Assembly (NCBI GenBank): GCA_001600815.1 | Contig: BCKZ01000006.1 | Location: 1 to 64,000 of the forward strand | Length of the DNA stretch: 64,000 nt | Direction of reading: 5' to 3' | DNA from: Alloascoidea hylecoeti | Lineage: Eukaryota | In this document: positions 22,865 to 36,300 of the stretch, piece by piece | Layout: each line of letters starts with the position of its first letter | Position numbering within the stretch: the stretch's first letter is position 1 | Notes under the pieces: model-generated | The model's input: the letters and a program-made list of their open reading frames with translations, nothing else | Database searches by the model: none | What the model was told of the DNA's origin: nothing | Program-made: the position numbers and the translations under genes

Positions 22865-23478
22865 AAAATAATTACCCTTAAGCTGGTCTAGGTAAAGAAA
22901 CAAAAGAAGAGAGGGAAGATGTATGTCAAGAGCATATAAAAATAATAAGAAGAATAGATATAGAGGTTTTTTATCTCACAATATATAGTAGAGATTTCCT
23001 CAGAATTTACATAGTTTCTAGTTATATAATTTAATTGGAAAATATGAAAGGTTAAAAAAAATTGATGTTGGGAACTGATAGAATAAAGATCAAAATACTC
23101 ATAATAACCACAAAGGATAACAACATCGAAAAATATGGAGCTTTTATCAAAAACTAATAGAGATAAGAAAAAATATTAGATTTGCATGCAGGACTCCACC
23201 ACAAAATTTAAATGAGATATGCATAGACTGGGAAATCCTAATAGCTAAAAACGTGAAAAAGTTAAAAAAAACAGCTTACTTTTAAGATAAAGCAATAAAA
23301 AAAAAGAAATATGTCAAGAACATATAAAAGAAAAAAAGATTATTTACATTATATAAGGTCCTTATAGAGGTTTTATCTTCCATATATGGGATATAGCAGA
23401 GATTTCCTCGACATTCACATAGCTTCGGATTATAGATTTTAATTGGAAATTATATGAAAGGCTAAAAAAATTAGATAT
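22865..23478 (-). repeat. Solo-LTR-like dispersed repeat upstream of tRNA-Asp: one near-full copy at 23066-23478 and a partial copy at 22865-23062
   Basis: Reverse complement of 47545-48035. 22920-23060 is duplicated at 23310-23470. On the minus strand it ends TTCCCAACA at 23066. Confidence 0.7.
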
Positions 23479-23483
23479 GTATA

Positions 23484-23717
23484 TTACAAAACAATCACGG
23501 ATTCTTCTTTAATAAAAGTTTTATCACCAGGTGGTGGAGATTCAACATCGCCAAAAACTAATTCAGCTCTAACAACCCAATATTCTGGAACTTTAAATCC
23601 TAAATCTTTAATAGCTTTTGAAACAAAATCATTGTAATGTTGTAAATTGGCACCAAGTTCTTCACTTTCCAATGCTGACTAGATGGAAATTTGAGCGAAT
23701 CCATCGGAATTAGCCGC

Positions 23718-23748
<31 letters not shown>

Positions 23749-24092
23749 ATGGGAACTTGTTCAGTAAAGATTCTGTTGGATTTTTGGGTCAATTCATTGA
23801 TTGGTTTCAAATCATCAAAGAATATAACCGTGCCACAGGCATTCTTGAACCTTTCGAATTTTGAAACAGGAACCGGGTAATTTGGAGTGGAGGATACTTG
23901 ACTAATAACAGAAGACCATAGTGCAGTGGCCTTTTCTTCAGTTAGGATCAAAACACGAACCGATTGGATGTTGAAAGAAGTTGGAGCATTTATAACGATT
24001 GATCTAACAATTGATTCAATTTCAGTTTTTGATAATTTTGAGGTAGACTTCAGATTGTAAATACTTCTTCTGTTGAGAATTGGGGTTATCAC
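23484..24092 (-). pseudogene. Nitroreductase-family (HBN1/FRM2-like) pseudogene
   Basis: RRSIY, PTSFNIQS.R, GTVIFF, AQISI*SALE (Trp to TAG), LGANLQHYN, AELVFG. No in-frame ATG. A 30-nt G run lies in the coding region. Confidence 0.85.
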
Positions 24093-24439
24093 TTAATTGC
24101 AGTAGGTGATTTCCTCGCGATAATAATAATAGTTTTCTAATTTAATTTGAAATTATCCAAAGTTGAAAAAAATAGGATACGTAACGCATAAGTATGTGGT
24201 TTACTCAAATAACCTTTAACGTGTAAAAGAGTGGTGGCACAAATCATGATCAGATATATATATATGGTAGTTTATGTCAACAAGGAAAAGATAATACATG
24301 TAGATCTACAACATAATTATAGCATACTTTGAAGAATGTTCCACCGTAAAATTACTAAAGAAAAGGATTCCAGGATCCGACAGAGTAGGAATCAGAAATT
24401 TGTTGTATAATGAACACTTAAGAAAAAAATATTGAAATG

Positions 24440-24770
24440 AAGGACAATTTTATAAAAAAGGCATTAATATTAAAATTAAGAAAATTCCTATACCATGAGC
24501 TATGCATTATCATGCAGGGACACACCACCACAAAATTTATGATTTATTGAAATAGACAGGTGAATTTTAAATTTAATATCTAAAATAAAAAAATAAAAGT
24601 AAAAAAATATTAAAGAAATAGAAATTAATTCTAATGATTGTTCAAATAATCTTTTAAGAAAAGGAAGAAAAGGATATATGAAAATGTAGAGTTATTTCAA
24701 TCACTCATTTCACTCTATGAGTGATGTCCTCACTTAAATAGCTTCTAGTTAGAAGCAATAATAAATGTTA
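24440..24770 (-). repeat. Older degenerate copy of the solo-LTR-like repeat
   Basis: CATGCAGGGACACACCACCACAAAATTTA matches 23186-23210. CCTCACTTAAATAGCTTCTAG matches about 22998-23020. Confidence 0.55.
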
Positions 24771-25880
24771 AGATTCCCACATTGGGTGAATTCCAGGTTC
24801 TCTGCACTCATCTCAAATCTTGGTATCGCGTGCCCTTGAAGGTTTAGTCAATAAAAATCAGTATAAAACAAATTAAATTCATATTATTGATAAACCAGAT
24901 TCTGCCCTAGAGAAACAGCTAACGATTTGAAAGTTTTCATAACTTGGCACATAAACTAAAAAGCCAATGATCTCTCACCCAGTTCTTTAAGACTTTCAAA
25001 TCAGTATTATGATCACATTTAGAGTGGATATATCTTTTAATGTATCAACATCAACATTGTTTGAATAACATTTAGGACAAATAATAGAAATTTTCTCATG
25101 CTGAAACTTGCACAACTACAACAAGTCCATTTTTGTGTAAATATATAGCTTATCTAACACCAACGACATAATTCATATGAGCGATTACTTTCTGATTTCA
25201 CCGATACACTCAATGGTTATATAAATTGGGGAAAGAAAAGAAGTTTGAAAAAAGCTATGGGAGCACTGGGCAGACAAATAGATCCAAAAATTGATGATAT
25301 GCATATGTACCTATTTCAACCGATAATAACGCATTGATGCATTTGAAGTTGAAAAGTTGAAATTCTATCATATCACTTAAGTTTGGATTTCAATTACTTT
25401 AGATCTGAAAAGTTTGTTACATCTAAAAAAGATATTAGCGATATTTTTAAAAAAACTCCAATCTCATCACATGAAGATTAAAGCGACAAAAAGAATTAAA
25501 GTGGCCAATTATTTATATATTTCCTCATATGCTTATGCATTAAAATTAGTTGCAATATTTTGAAAGCTTAAACTATATCTGGATCTAATTATTAAGAAAA
25601 TTAACGCTAGTAAACATAATTGATATATTAAACAATTAACGTATAACATGTGCTTATATATAAATGTGTATACTATATAACTAATTGAAATGACATCTAC
25701 TATATGAATGAACACAAAAGAAATAGAAATAAAAGAAAAATTTATATATAATGTAAGGAGCTCAACAATCATCACCAAACTGTAATATCTCTTCTAATTT
25801 TGATCTGTCCTTTCCCCTTCCTTTTCCGATTTTATCCCTACACTTCGCGATTCAACTATTAAAATCCATTGTTATGATTA

Positions 25881-25920
25881 TGAATGAATGAATGAATGAA
25901 TGAATGAATGAATGAATGAA
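25881..25920. repeat. (TGAA)10 microsatellite in the MKK 3' flank
   Basis: Read directly from the sequence. Confidence 0.95.
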
Positions 25921-25995
25921 TGCATTATTATCAAATTGCTTTTTTTTTGTCATTTTTGACATCTTTGATTTTTAATTTTTTTTAATTTTTATCGT

Positions 25996-27785
25996 CTATG
26001 AAGCCCAAACTTGTTCCAAGAACTTTGCAACTTTACTCTTCTTTTTCATCTGAGTTATTATCCAAGGGTGTTCTAACATTTGTCTAGGACTTGCTCTCTT
26101 TTTGGGCTCTTTAGTTAGACAATAAGCGAGGAAACTTCGAAACCCTGGAGACCATTTTATGCCTTCTTCAGGTTCATCTTCCAACTTCAATTCAAAGTCC
26201 AATATAGCGGTTAATAATTCAATTGGCATTAAAGGGCCATCAGAAGTTGTTGTTTGATAAGGGAAATGCCCTTGAGCACCTTCTAATAAAGTTAACCCAA
26301 GCGACCAAACATCTGAAGTAACAGAATATGCCTGACCTTTAATTCTTTCCGGAGCCATATAATAACTTGTCCCAGTAAATGTTGTTGCCAAAGAGTTTAC
26401 AACCTCACCACTAACTCCGAAGTCACACAATTTAACATTACCCTTTCGATCTAATAAAATATTTTGTGGTTTTATATCCCGATGAATAATTCTTCTTTCA
26501 TGTAAATAACTTAAACCATGTAAAACCGATTCAGCAACTTTCCCAAGTACTCTTTCACCAATACGACCACCACGTTGTTGAGTTCTTTTATAAATTGCAT
26601 CTAATGAACCACCACCACAATATTCCATTGCAATACATATTGTTGCCTGTGAAGGATTAATAAACATACCATAATATTTAACGATATATAGGGATGAACA
26701 TGTTCTATTAAATTGTAATTCACGAAGAGTTTGCCTTTGAATATCGGGATTGGGATCAGTTGTAATTGTCTAGAAGAATGAAAGTTTATAATTAGTTAAA
26801 CGATTTGATTAAACAAAACAAAATAGAATAAAATAAAACTTACCTTCAATGCAAATATTGTTTTACCATGTGTTAACCGAGCACGAGATACACTCCCACC
26901 TGCACCTTCACCAAGGACACCTAATTCAATAATATCATTATTTTTTGCGACAATGTCCCATTCATTTTCATCCAAATCGTCAACATCTCCCATAAAATGT
27001 CGAACTTCTTGGGTATTGTTATTTTTACTGTTATTACTAACGTTATATGAATCATTTGTTTGTTGTGATTGATTTTGTGGTGTTGGTAATGGAGAAATTG
27101 GCTGAGGTGTATATAAAGCAGCTAATTCATTATTTGCAGGAGATGGAGGTTGATAATCAGGAATTTGTAATTTTGGAGATGATTGAAGGTGTCGGGTATG
27201 AAACTGAGGCAGTACTAATGTGTTATTGTTATTATCATTAATATTATTATTGTTATAATCATTATAATTATTATTATTATTATTACTATATATATTAATA
27301 TTCTCATTATTATTTATGTTGTTTTGTTCTGTAGTTGAAGTTTTTAATTTTGGCACAAAATGCTGTTTTGGAGAATGGGTAGGATAATTGAATGGTAGAT
27401 TTAATGAACTGCTTGATGATTGTTTCTTAACTCGAAAATAAGGTAAATCACCTTTCGGTGATAACCCAGTGTTGTTATTAGGAACCCGTTGAGGTGTTAG
27501 AAAAATTCCATTGTTTCCTGTGGTAGTGTTAGTATTAGTAAGTGCAGGAGGTTTGGGAGAAGTCTCTGAAGAGATGTTCAGCTTCCCCAATTGTTGTAGC
27601 AGATTTCCTGATGAGTAAGCTTTTCTGACCTGTTTTTTGGGGTCAGATATACCCAGCAGGTCCGTAGGAGGCTGTGGTTGTGTGACAATGGACGGTATGG
27701 ACAGCTGGGGCAGCTTTGGTTTTGAAGGGGTAGCATGGACACGGTTGGAGTGTCCGGAAGGCCGGATCAATGGCGGAACAGACAT
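25996..27785 (-). CDS. MKK1: Cell-wall-integrity MAP kinase kinase MKK1/MKK2; exons 27785-26844 and 26769-25996
   Basis: [80 protein letters not shown] 74-nt phase-0 intron at 26843-26770 (GTAAGT..AACTAAT..TAG). Confidence 0.93.
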
Positions 27786-29585
27786 GTGGGAGGTTGATTC
27801 CTACAAAGTGAGGGAAAAACTAGAAATGGCAAAGACCGGGTAAACTGGCGGTTTGCAGCTGTCATGTGATCCGAAGGAGACATCACATGACTGTGCATAA
27901 TAATATCTGACTGAATGTTGAGAACCAAACATAATTATAAACGAGATCATCGGCATACATAAGAGCTTATATAACCAGGAAGGTAATTATGCATATTGGT
28001 TTAGGTTAGCAACAGATACTTGAACAATTACAGGGATGGAAGCGTTACTCCGAATAGAAAAGATAAAGAAAAATCTTAACCTTGGTTTCAGAAACGTGTG
28101 CTTAAACTTAAGCTTAACTTCTCTATTTTGTATTTTGTTCAGCGTTTTATAATAAAAATGACATTGTTCTACACACACTTCCCAGGAAACCAGGGCACTT
28201 ATCGTGTACACATTTTGTAACCCATATTCTATTATAGAAAGATATACCCAATCGTTTTGAGCATACTTTACATTTTATATCAATTACTTATCCATATTCG
28301 GAAATGTACCTGTTTAGTAATTGTGCAGCTTCAATATTATAATTAGTGTGGTATCATGCTTCATTTCATATTACGTAATTGAATTTCATCCATCTATTTT
28401 CAAATCTATAATTACTGACACATGTGTAACGTTATAAAGAATATTATTATTAATATATCTTATTCGTGATCTTCAGCAACATTATAATTACTATAAGAAT
28501 GACCTTTTTCTTCTAACTCAACCTAATTATATTCTATATCTTTTGTAATATTTGTATAATTATAATCTTATCACAATAAATCGGAAAAATCTTACATAGC
28601 CATAAAGCTTAATAGGTAGCAATTGTTATGACTAGTTATGATATTAGATCTAGTTGTTACATTATTACTGTTATCTGTTAGATTTAAAGTAAAAAAGTTT
28701 ATAATTAAGAACCACCGATAAAGGTATCGATTTGAAAGTTCTGAGACAATCATAAACATAATAATATCATTATGGTTATGAACCTATAGCTATGATTAAT
28801 ATTATGAATTTTTTATGATTAATTTTTTCTACAACATAATTTTTTAATCACTTTTTGGCAATGTCTATACCATTTAGGTATAATCTGATATATCTGGATT
28901 CTGGATATTAATATTATTGGCTATGTCACATAAGATGTATGTGAATTTTGGTGGTTCATATATCTAATTTAAACTATAGCTACGAAGAAGAAAAATTAAA
29001 TCAAATATCTATGGTATAATGTATAGATACAATTCTTGATAAAGAATGTATACCTAATTAATAAATATTTAAATGGTTTTGTTTTTGTTTTTCTCGTTTA
29101 AATATTTGCATTGCTTTTATATGTTTATAACTTATTATTAATTAAGGTCTTAAAATCACATAAATTAGATCACGATATGAAAGATAACTTTTTCTAAAAA
29201 AGCTTAAATATAAAAAAGAATATCAAAATTTTTATATAAGCTTACACATATGATCATGAATCATATATAATATGATAGTATTTTATTTTTAGCCATTGAT
29301 TTTGAATTGTGATTAGGTGTTCCAAGCCCATCAATTAATCATTACTTTGTTCTTTTTTATTTACTTCTTCTGATTTTTTTGCTTATTATTATTCTTTAGA
29401 TAACTTTGGACATAAAAGTATGGTCATGAACACTGATCATGAAAGAATCACACAATTCTGTATGTTTTGTCTCATTTATTTGTGCTGAATTTTGTATGAA
29501 TATTAAATATTAAAGTTGCATACCTTAGATTATAAATTATAAGCTTGTATACTGGTGCATAGCAAGATAATAAATCAACATTAAT

Positions 29586-29619
29586 ATCAACATCAACATC
29601 AACATCAACATCAACATCA
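29586..29619. repeat. (ATCAAC)5-6 microsatellite
   Basis: Read directly from the sequence. Confidence 0.9.
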
Positions 29620-30392
29620 GCACTGATGTAATGATAATGATTTGAGAAAAGTATAGTTTAGAAGATATATCATGTCTCAGTTGGCATCGGCAGGTATCGA
29701 TGACTTCTCAGTTCATTTAAGATTTGGGGATAAAGTTCATCCTACGAAGCAACTATATATAGAAATAAATTGATGTAATATAAACATAAAAGAGAAGATC
29801 TGTAGAAGAAGGTCAATTGAATTCAAAAACTCAAGTTGAAGACGTATATTTATGTAAGTGCAAGCGAAGATCATTAATATATATTATTTTGAGTTATGAA
29901 TCGACATTGGAATCGGCATGGCATGGCATGGAGTTGAAACTGAACATCGAAGGAGGTGATAGGAAAGCGCGCCCTTAATATGAAATGAAGTATATGGAAA
30001 TAATTATGAGAGATGATGTAGTTGCAATTACACCATCAGACATTATTTGGATCGATCTACGCTACGTATAAGGTTTGGCGCGGTCATAGTCTGGATGAAT
30101 AAGGAGATCAACCTTCCACAAGCGGGCAAGGGCAAACAAATAAGTAGCTGGGACACGCAGGGATCATGCGTGGAAGTGCGTATAATAATCCGGATATGAG
30201 AGACTTGCATGGGGCCCAAAGCAGGAAACCAGCGGCATAAGGTTTGCTTGGAACGGAGGCTGCATGAAAATTATAATAAATAAGCATCCGCCTCTGTTTC
30301 TCTTATAACCAACTGCTTTTCCCTTCCTTCGGATCTTTCAGAAGGCCCACACTCCCAGAAGGTCCCCCACGCCCACACCCACCCACCCACCA

Positions 30393-33300
30393 ATGACTGC
30401 CCCGGACTTGGACTCGGACCCGGAGGAGGAACGCCGCAACCCGAAGGTCTCCTCGCGGTTGACCCCGAACCCTCGTTCGCACCACAGGCGGGAGATCAGA
30501 TTCGGCGCCTACATCTTGGGCTCCACCCTAGGCGAGGGTGAATTCGCCAAAGTCAAGCTCGGCTGGAAGAAAGACGAGCCCCATCCGGCCCACGTCGCCA
30601 TCAAACTCATCAAAAAGGAATCCATACCGCTAAGGTCCGATAAAGAGCTGAAAGTTCACCGTGAAATCAATGCCCTCAAACGACTTTCTCACCCGAACAT
30701 CGTGAGATTGGAAGAAGTTTTACAGAACGACAAGTATATTGGAATAGTTATGGAGTACGCGTCCGGAGGAGAACTGTTCGACTACATTCTACAACACCGG
30801 CATCTCAAAGACTCAGTTGCCTGTCGTTTGTTTTCACAGCTTGTCAGTGGGGTGGAGTATATGCATTCCAAGGGAATCGTCCACAGAGACCTCAAACTGG
30901 AAAATTTGCTGTTGGACAAACATAAAAACATCGTCATTTCGGATTTCGGTTTCGTCAACAGCTTCAGAATACACAAAGATGGCTCCTACTCGGATTTAAT
31001 GAAAACAAGTTGTGGCTCGCCTTGTTATGCGGCTCCTGAGCTGGTTATCTCAAGCCAAAAATATGAAGGTCGGAAAGTCGACATATGGAGTTGTGGCGTT
31101 ATTTTATATGCAATGTTAGCTGGCTATTTACCTTTTGATGATGATCCTAAAAATCCAAACGGTGATAATATTGCAAGATTATATCGTTACATAACAACTA
31201 CACAGCTCACTTTCCCTGAATACATACAACCAATACCTAGAGATTTGTTAAGAAGAATATTGGTCCCAGACCCAAGAAGAAGATTATCTCTAGAAGAAGT
31301 AAAAAAACATCAGTGGTTATCTCCTTATATACATTTTCTTTCCGTTACTACACGAGAATGGGATTCAAATTATAAATCTGCAACTCCTTCTGATATGGAT
31401 TTAACAACTCGAAGATTATCCTTGATTGAAATATTCACCCAACCTCCAAATGCAAGATCAAGCTTAAGATGTTCTTCGATTACACCTTCACGTAGTAATA
31501 CACGCTCATCCCGTACTAGACCAACAAGTTCTTATCATTCTCCTGAAAGTACAAAATTAGAAAGATCCTTGACTCATACTTTATATTCAAATCCTGCTGC
31601 TCCTTTAACTTCTTCATCACATGCGATTGCAATTTCGTCCCAAAGAAGATCCTCACATTTATACAAAAATAATCATAATTCTCCTTCAATATCACTATCT
31701 GCTAGTCAGGTTAGTCAATTGGCTTTGCCCGTTGATAAATATATAGATACCTATAATTCTTCTTCATCTACTGCTTCATTATCCAAATATTCTAAAGGTC
31801 ATAGTAGACATTATTCTGCAACTGAAGCTTTACATAAAGTAGTTGATCAAGATGCATCCCGATTAAAACATCAACAACAATTGGAACAACTCAGATCTTC
31901 AAGAAGAAATAGTGCTGATCCTTCAGCATCAACTCATAGTGTATCAAGTTATTTTTCATTTGGCAGTCATCAATTATTAGACAATCATTCTTCTAATCAA
32001 CAATCTTCAAATATTACTTCTAGTTTTATTGAAAAAAGTTCTAAATTTCCGAAATCAATTACTTTTCAAGATTTTAGTCTTGCAACCAATAATACCAATC
32101 TTTCTATTAATGAAACAATTGCAAGTAGTAATACAAGTACAACAACCACTAATCAACAACATATCATTAATAAATCTTGTGAAACAATAACTGAAAATCC
32201 AAATTCTCCAATTAAACAACGCCATAAATTGATGCCACCACCTAAATTTATAACCTCAACTCCATCTGCACCAATTAATACTAGTGATTATGATAGTAAA
32301 AAACAAAGACCTACTTCATTATTTCAATCAACATTTTATTCAAATAATAATTACACTCATGATTCATCTCCAAAAATTAATTTAAATGATTCAACTCCAA
32401 GAGATGATACAACATTTCATTTTACTTATCCAAAATCTGATGAAAAACTTTCTTCTACTCCAACAGAAAATGATAAAAGAAGTTCAAAAAAATCAGCTTC
32501 TCCTCCATCACCACATACAGTATTTATAAATAGATCAGGTTCAGGATCATCACCACATGCAATAGTTATAAATAGATCAGGTTCAGGCTTAGGCTTGGGT
32601 TCAGGATCAGAAATGATCTTTCCAAAATCAAAAAATCATGGCATTACAATAAGTAGATCTAATAGTATAACAAGTACAAATTTATTATCTTTTGCAACAG
32701 CAACAACTCCAAACTTTTATAAACAAGATAATACACCAATTTTTAAGAATTATGATGATCATGAAAATGAACATGCAATTTATGATGATGATGTTGCTGC
32801 TTCAACTGAATTAACAACTTCAATGACAACACATAGTTATCCTAAAAGAGGTAGTATGGCTTATAGTGTTATGGATAAAATTTATAGATATGCAACTGCT
32901 GATGATACTCAATATTTAGCAACTCCAGTTCAACCATCAAATTCAACAACAACAAATAATGATATTAATATTCATGAAATCGAAAGAGAAGTTCAAGAAA
33001 CTGAAATAGAAGATGTTCCATCAAGATCTGTATCGATTTTATCAAATACTAGGAATCAACATGTTAATTCTAGTTCTCAATCACACTCTAATAATAAAAA
33101 GAGGTTTCGTTTAATGAGTTTTTATACTTATAATACTAATCCTACACCAAGATCATCATCAAGTATTGATTCAAAGCCAAAATCAAAAGTAGCTAATAAT
33201 AATATTAATAATTATCATACTACATCATCTTCAAATAACTATTCAACTGTTAAAGATTCATCATTAAATATTATACCAAAAAGTGTTTTAAAAACTAAAT

Positions 33301-33395
33301 CTTCAATTTCTGCTGCGAAAAGTAATGCTAATAATAATAAACAAAAAGGTAGAAGAATGTTTGGATTATTTAGAAAAAGTGTTAGAGCTTCATAA
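30393..33395 (+). CDS. KIN4: KIN4/FRK1-family Ser/Thr kinase
   Basis: FGAYILGSTLGEGEFAKVKLGW, REINALK.L.HPNIV.LEEVLQN.KYIGIV, MKTSCGSPCYAAPELV, YLPFDDDP.NP.GDNI, C-terminal F.L.S and FGLFRK. Long S/N-rich tail. Confidence 0.9.
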   Translation: MTAPDLDSDPEEERRNPKVSSRLTPNPRSHHRREIRFGAYILGSTLGEGEFAKVKLGWKKDEPHPAHVAIKLIKKESIPLRSDKELKVHREINALKRLSHPNIVRLEEVLQNDKYIGIVMEYASGGELFDYILQHRHLKDSVACRLFSQLVSGVEYMHSKGIVHRDLKLENLLLDKHKNIVISDFGFVNSFRIHKDGSYSDLMKTSCGSPCYAAPELVISSQKYEGRKVDIWSCGVILYAMLAGYLPFDDDPKNPNGDNIARLYRYITTTQLTFPEYIQPIPRDLLRRILVPDPRRRLSLEEVKKHQWLSPYIHFLSVTTREWDSNYKSATPSDMDLTTRRLSLIEIFTQPPNARSSLRCSSITPSRSNTRSSRTRPTSSYHSPESTKLERSLTHTLYSNPAAPLTSSSHAIAISSQRRSSHLYKNNHNSPSISLSASQVSQLALPVDKYIDTYNSSSSTASLSKYSKGHSRHYSATEALHKVVDQDASRLKHQQQLEQLRSSRRNSADPSASTHSVSSYFSFGSHQLLDNHSSNQQSSNITSSFIEKSSKFPKSITFQDFSLATNNTNLSINETIASSNTSTTTTNQQHIINKSCETITENPNSPIKQRHKLMPPPKFITSTPSAPINTSDYDSKKQRPTSLFQSTFYSNNNYTHDSSPKINLNDSTPRDDTTFHFTYPKSDEKLSSTPTENDKRSSKKSASPPSPHTVFINRSGSGSSPHAIVINRSGSGLGLGSGSEMIFPKSKNHGITISRSNSITSTNLLSFATATTPNFYKQDNTPIFKNYDDHENEHAIYDDDVAASTELTTSMTTHSYPKRGSMAYSVMDKIYRYATADDTQYLATPVQPSNSTTTNNDINIHEIEREVQETEIEDVPSRSVSILSNTRNQHVNSSSQSHSNNKKRFRLMSFYTYNTNPTPRSSSSIDSKPKSKVANNNINNYHTTSSSNNYSTVKDSSLNIIPKSVLKTKSSISAAKSNANNNKQKGRRMFGLFRKSVRAS

Positions 33396-36300
33396 TCACA
33401 ATTATTACTTACCTTTTTTACTTTGATTGAAATTGGATACTGTAACATACACCGATTGGTTCGTTTTTATACATTTAAGTTTTTCTTTTTAATTTGTTCA
33501 TCATCATAGAAAATTATATATTATTTCATTATTTTTTTTTTATTCTATATACTTTGTTTTTCTGTTTTTTTAAGTTTTCACATCTCTTATGACTATTAGT
33601 TTTTGAAATTTTTATATTTTGGTAGGTGTTTTTATTTTGAAAAGGTAAAAAAAAAAAAAAGGAATTATTTATTTACATTTGATCAACGCAACAGAACAAG
33701 ATAAAAGATAAACAAATTAAAAAAAAATGCCGGGTTTTATTATTATCATTATCATTTATTCTTTAACAAAAACTACACACATATACCAATGGCAAAACAT
33801 ATAATGAAATGTAAGTGATGAAACATCATGATAGTTTTGTCGTTTTCTGTATCATCCTTATAATCATTATCAATTGCAATAACCTCATCAATCCTATATT
33901 ATCATCACCACCATACATTTTTTTCTCTCATTGTCTTTTTATTATAAAAATTATTCACAAAATTCTTGATTTTCATTCTTGATTTATAATTCCTGATTTA
34001 TTATTTGTATATGTTTCATTAATACATGTTTATTTAACAGTCAACCTTGTTTTTGATTTATTTGTTTAGCAAACTAAACTGAACATTGTTTTTATTTGAT
34101 GCATATGTAATTTTTATTTATTTGTTTTGTATGTTAAATTAGGTTCCTAATTTTATTTGTTTATTTGCATTCATCTATTTTTATCTTTTAACAAGAAAAC
34201 AAACAAACCAAAAAAATAGTGCTAACAATACATATAATAAAATATCTATTAGGCTCTTCCTTAATAAGCTTTTCATTTGCAATTCTCTTCATAGCAGTCA
34301 CCATAAGTAACAATATACTATAAAATCAGTGTAGCTATATGAGCCTATATCTAACTATTATTTGAATACCATCCTGTTATATTATAATAGATTTACTGTT
34401 TATTAATTTAAGTAAGTGCTGTAGCTATACCTAAGAATCAGCTCACAGCAGTAATTAAGTAGTAAGCACTATACTCTCTAAATACTAAGTTTAAGTAAGA
34501 CCAGATCACACGATATAAGCAGCTTGCGATTGACTTTTTATAAGTTTTGATTGATATTTTATATTTACAGGGATTTCAATACCATATTTAAGAAATACGT
34601 ATGCATTTTAAATGTATTACACTTCAACCAAATATTCACTTTTTCAGGGTATGAAACAGAATGTCTAGCCAATATCCATCTGTTAAGTTGTATTATAATT
34701 CACTAAACTAGTGACGTTTAAAAATTTTCCCGTAACATTAACGGCATGAAATTTTAAACGTTCTGATTTTGATTATCCCGTTACCGGTCAACTGATATAG
34801 AATACCTTTAAATTCTTCCTTATAATTGAATAAAACAAAACGACTTACGACTTATAATTAGTTAATATTAACTGGCTTGATATTAATCGGAGTTAACATT
34901 GAGATTGAGTTTTTCTAGAACATAGTGAACATACTAGGTTCGTTGTTGTGAGCCAGCTTGCAATTGGAAGTAAGAATGGTCTGATGCATGTTAAAATCAG
35001 CTTATTAATTTTACTACTTATGATTATACACCATTGATTAATTAATAATTTTGATTTAAATTATTGAAAATTAAATAGAATTTGCATAATTTCACTTTCA
35101 ATTAAGAATTATATGAAAAAAGGGGAATAATATCTACTTCTGTACAATTATTAACTGTCGATATCACTAATAATGTGTATGATTAAAATTAAACATAAGT
35201 GGAGTGTGAGTACTATCATAGCAAATTATCATCATCATAGACTGCCCACTAATCAATAAAAACGGAATGTTCATTAAACCTAGCTACCAAATTTTGACTA
35301 AGCAAAGCCGTTGAGATATGACACTCTATTAATTAGTAAACATAGTACGTGTGAAATTGTGAATATAACTTCTACATTTTATGTTAATAATCCAATTAGG
35401 TAAATAATAAACATCTGTAATATTATGCACATGATTTGCTACCTTGACTACAACATTCTTTTTGTGGTATACGCGTTTGTCTAAATCTGGAAACTCATTA
35501 TAACCATATTTGTAAACATAGGGCTGGATCACATGTTCATATGTGTATGTATTCCATCGAATCCTATTGTTTATTTTGTTGGCAGCATTCAATATACGTA
35601 GTTTTATTGCTAAAACTGCACACTATTTTCACATCAATCGACACAACAATTGCAACCAAATTTTAATGTTTGAGATGCCAATCGCGATTAATGAACAATA
35701 ATACTTACATTGCCGAGACAGAATGAATTATGATGCGTAATTCCGGATTACAGAAGTAATCAAAAATATGCTTGTAACCCTAACCTTAACTATAAGACTA
35801 TAAAACTATAAAACTTAGCTACTGCAGGTCTACCACTGGTAACCTTAAGATGAAATTTATACCAGGATATAAGGAACAAAATTATAACATCCTAATTTAA
35901 ACTTCTCACGATAAGCAATCAAATTATATAAACTAATAAGTTTTCAATGACATTGCTATTATGATATTCCTGTTATATATCTAATAGTTGAATCCCATCT
36001 ATAAAGAAGAGGTTTCTGATCATATATATTATACTTGGCTATCCTAAAGTTTGGGATGAGACAAGGAAAATCTAAAACTCAGGCTCCTTTTAGATTTTAC
36101 CATATTAGTGTCTGATGTTGGAGTTTCTCTTTAAACGTATATCATCACAAACATCTAAATATTTTGATTGCTGCTTGATTTGTTTACTATATATTATACA
36201 TGACTATAATCTATATTTTTCGTGAACAATTAAATGGTGACTTTTAACTCAGGCCGCACAGCAATCCCCTAAATATGCAAGCCGTATGTTCTTTCTCCAC

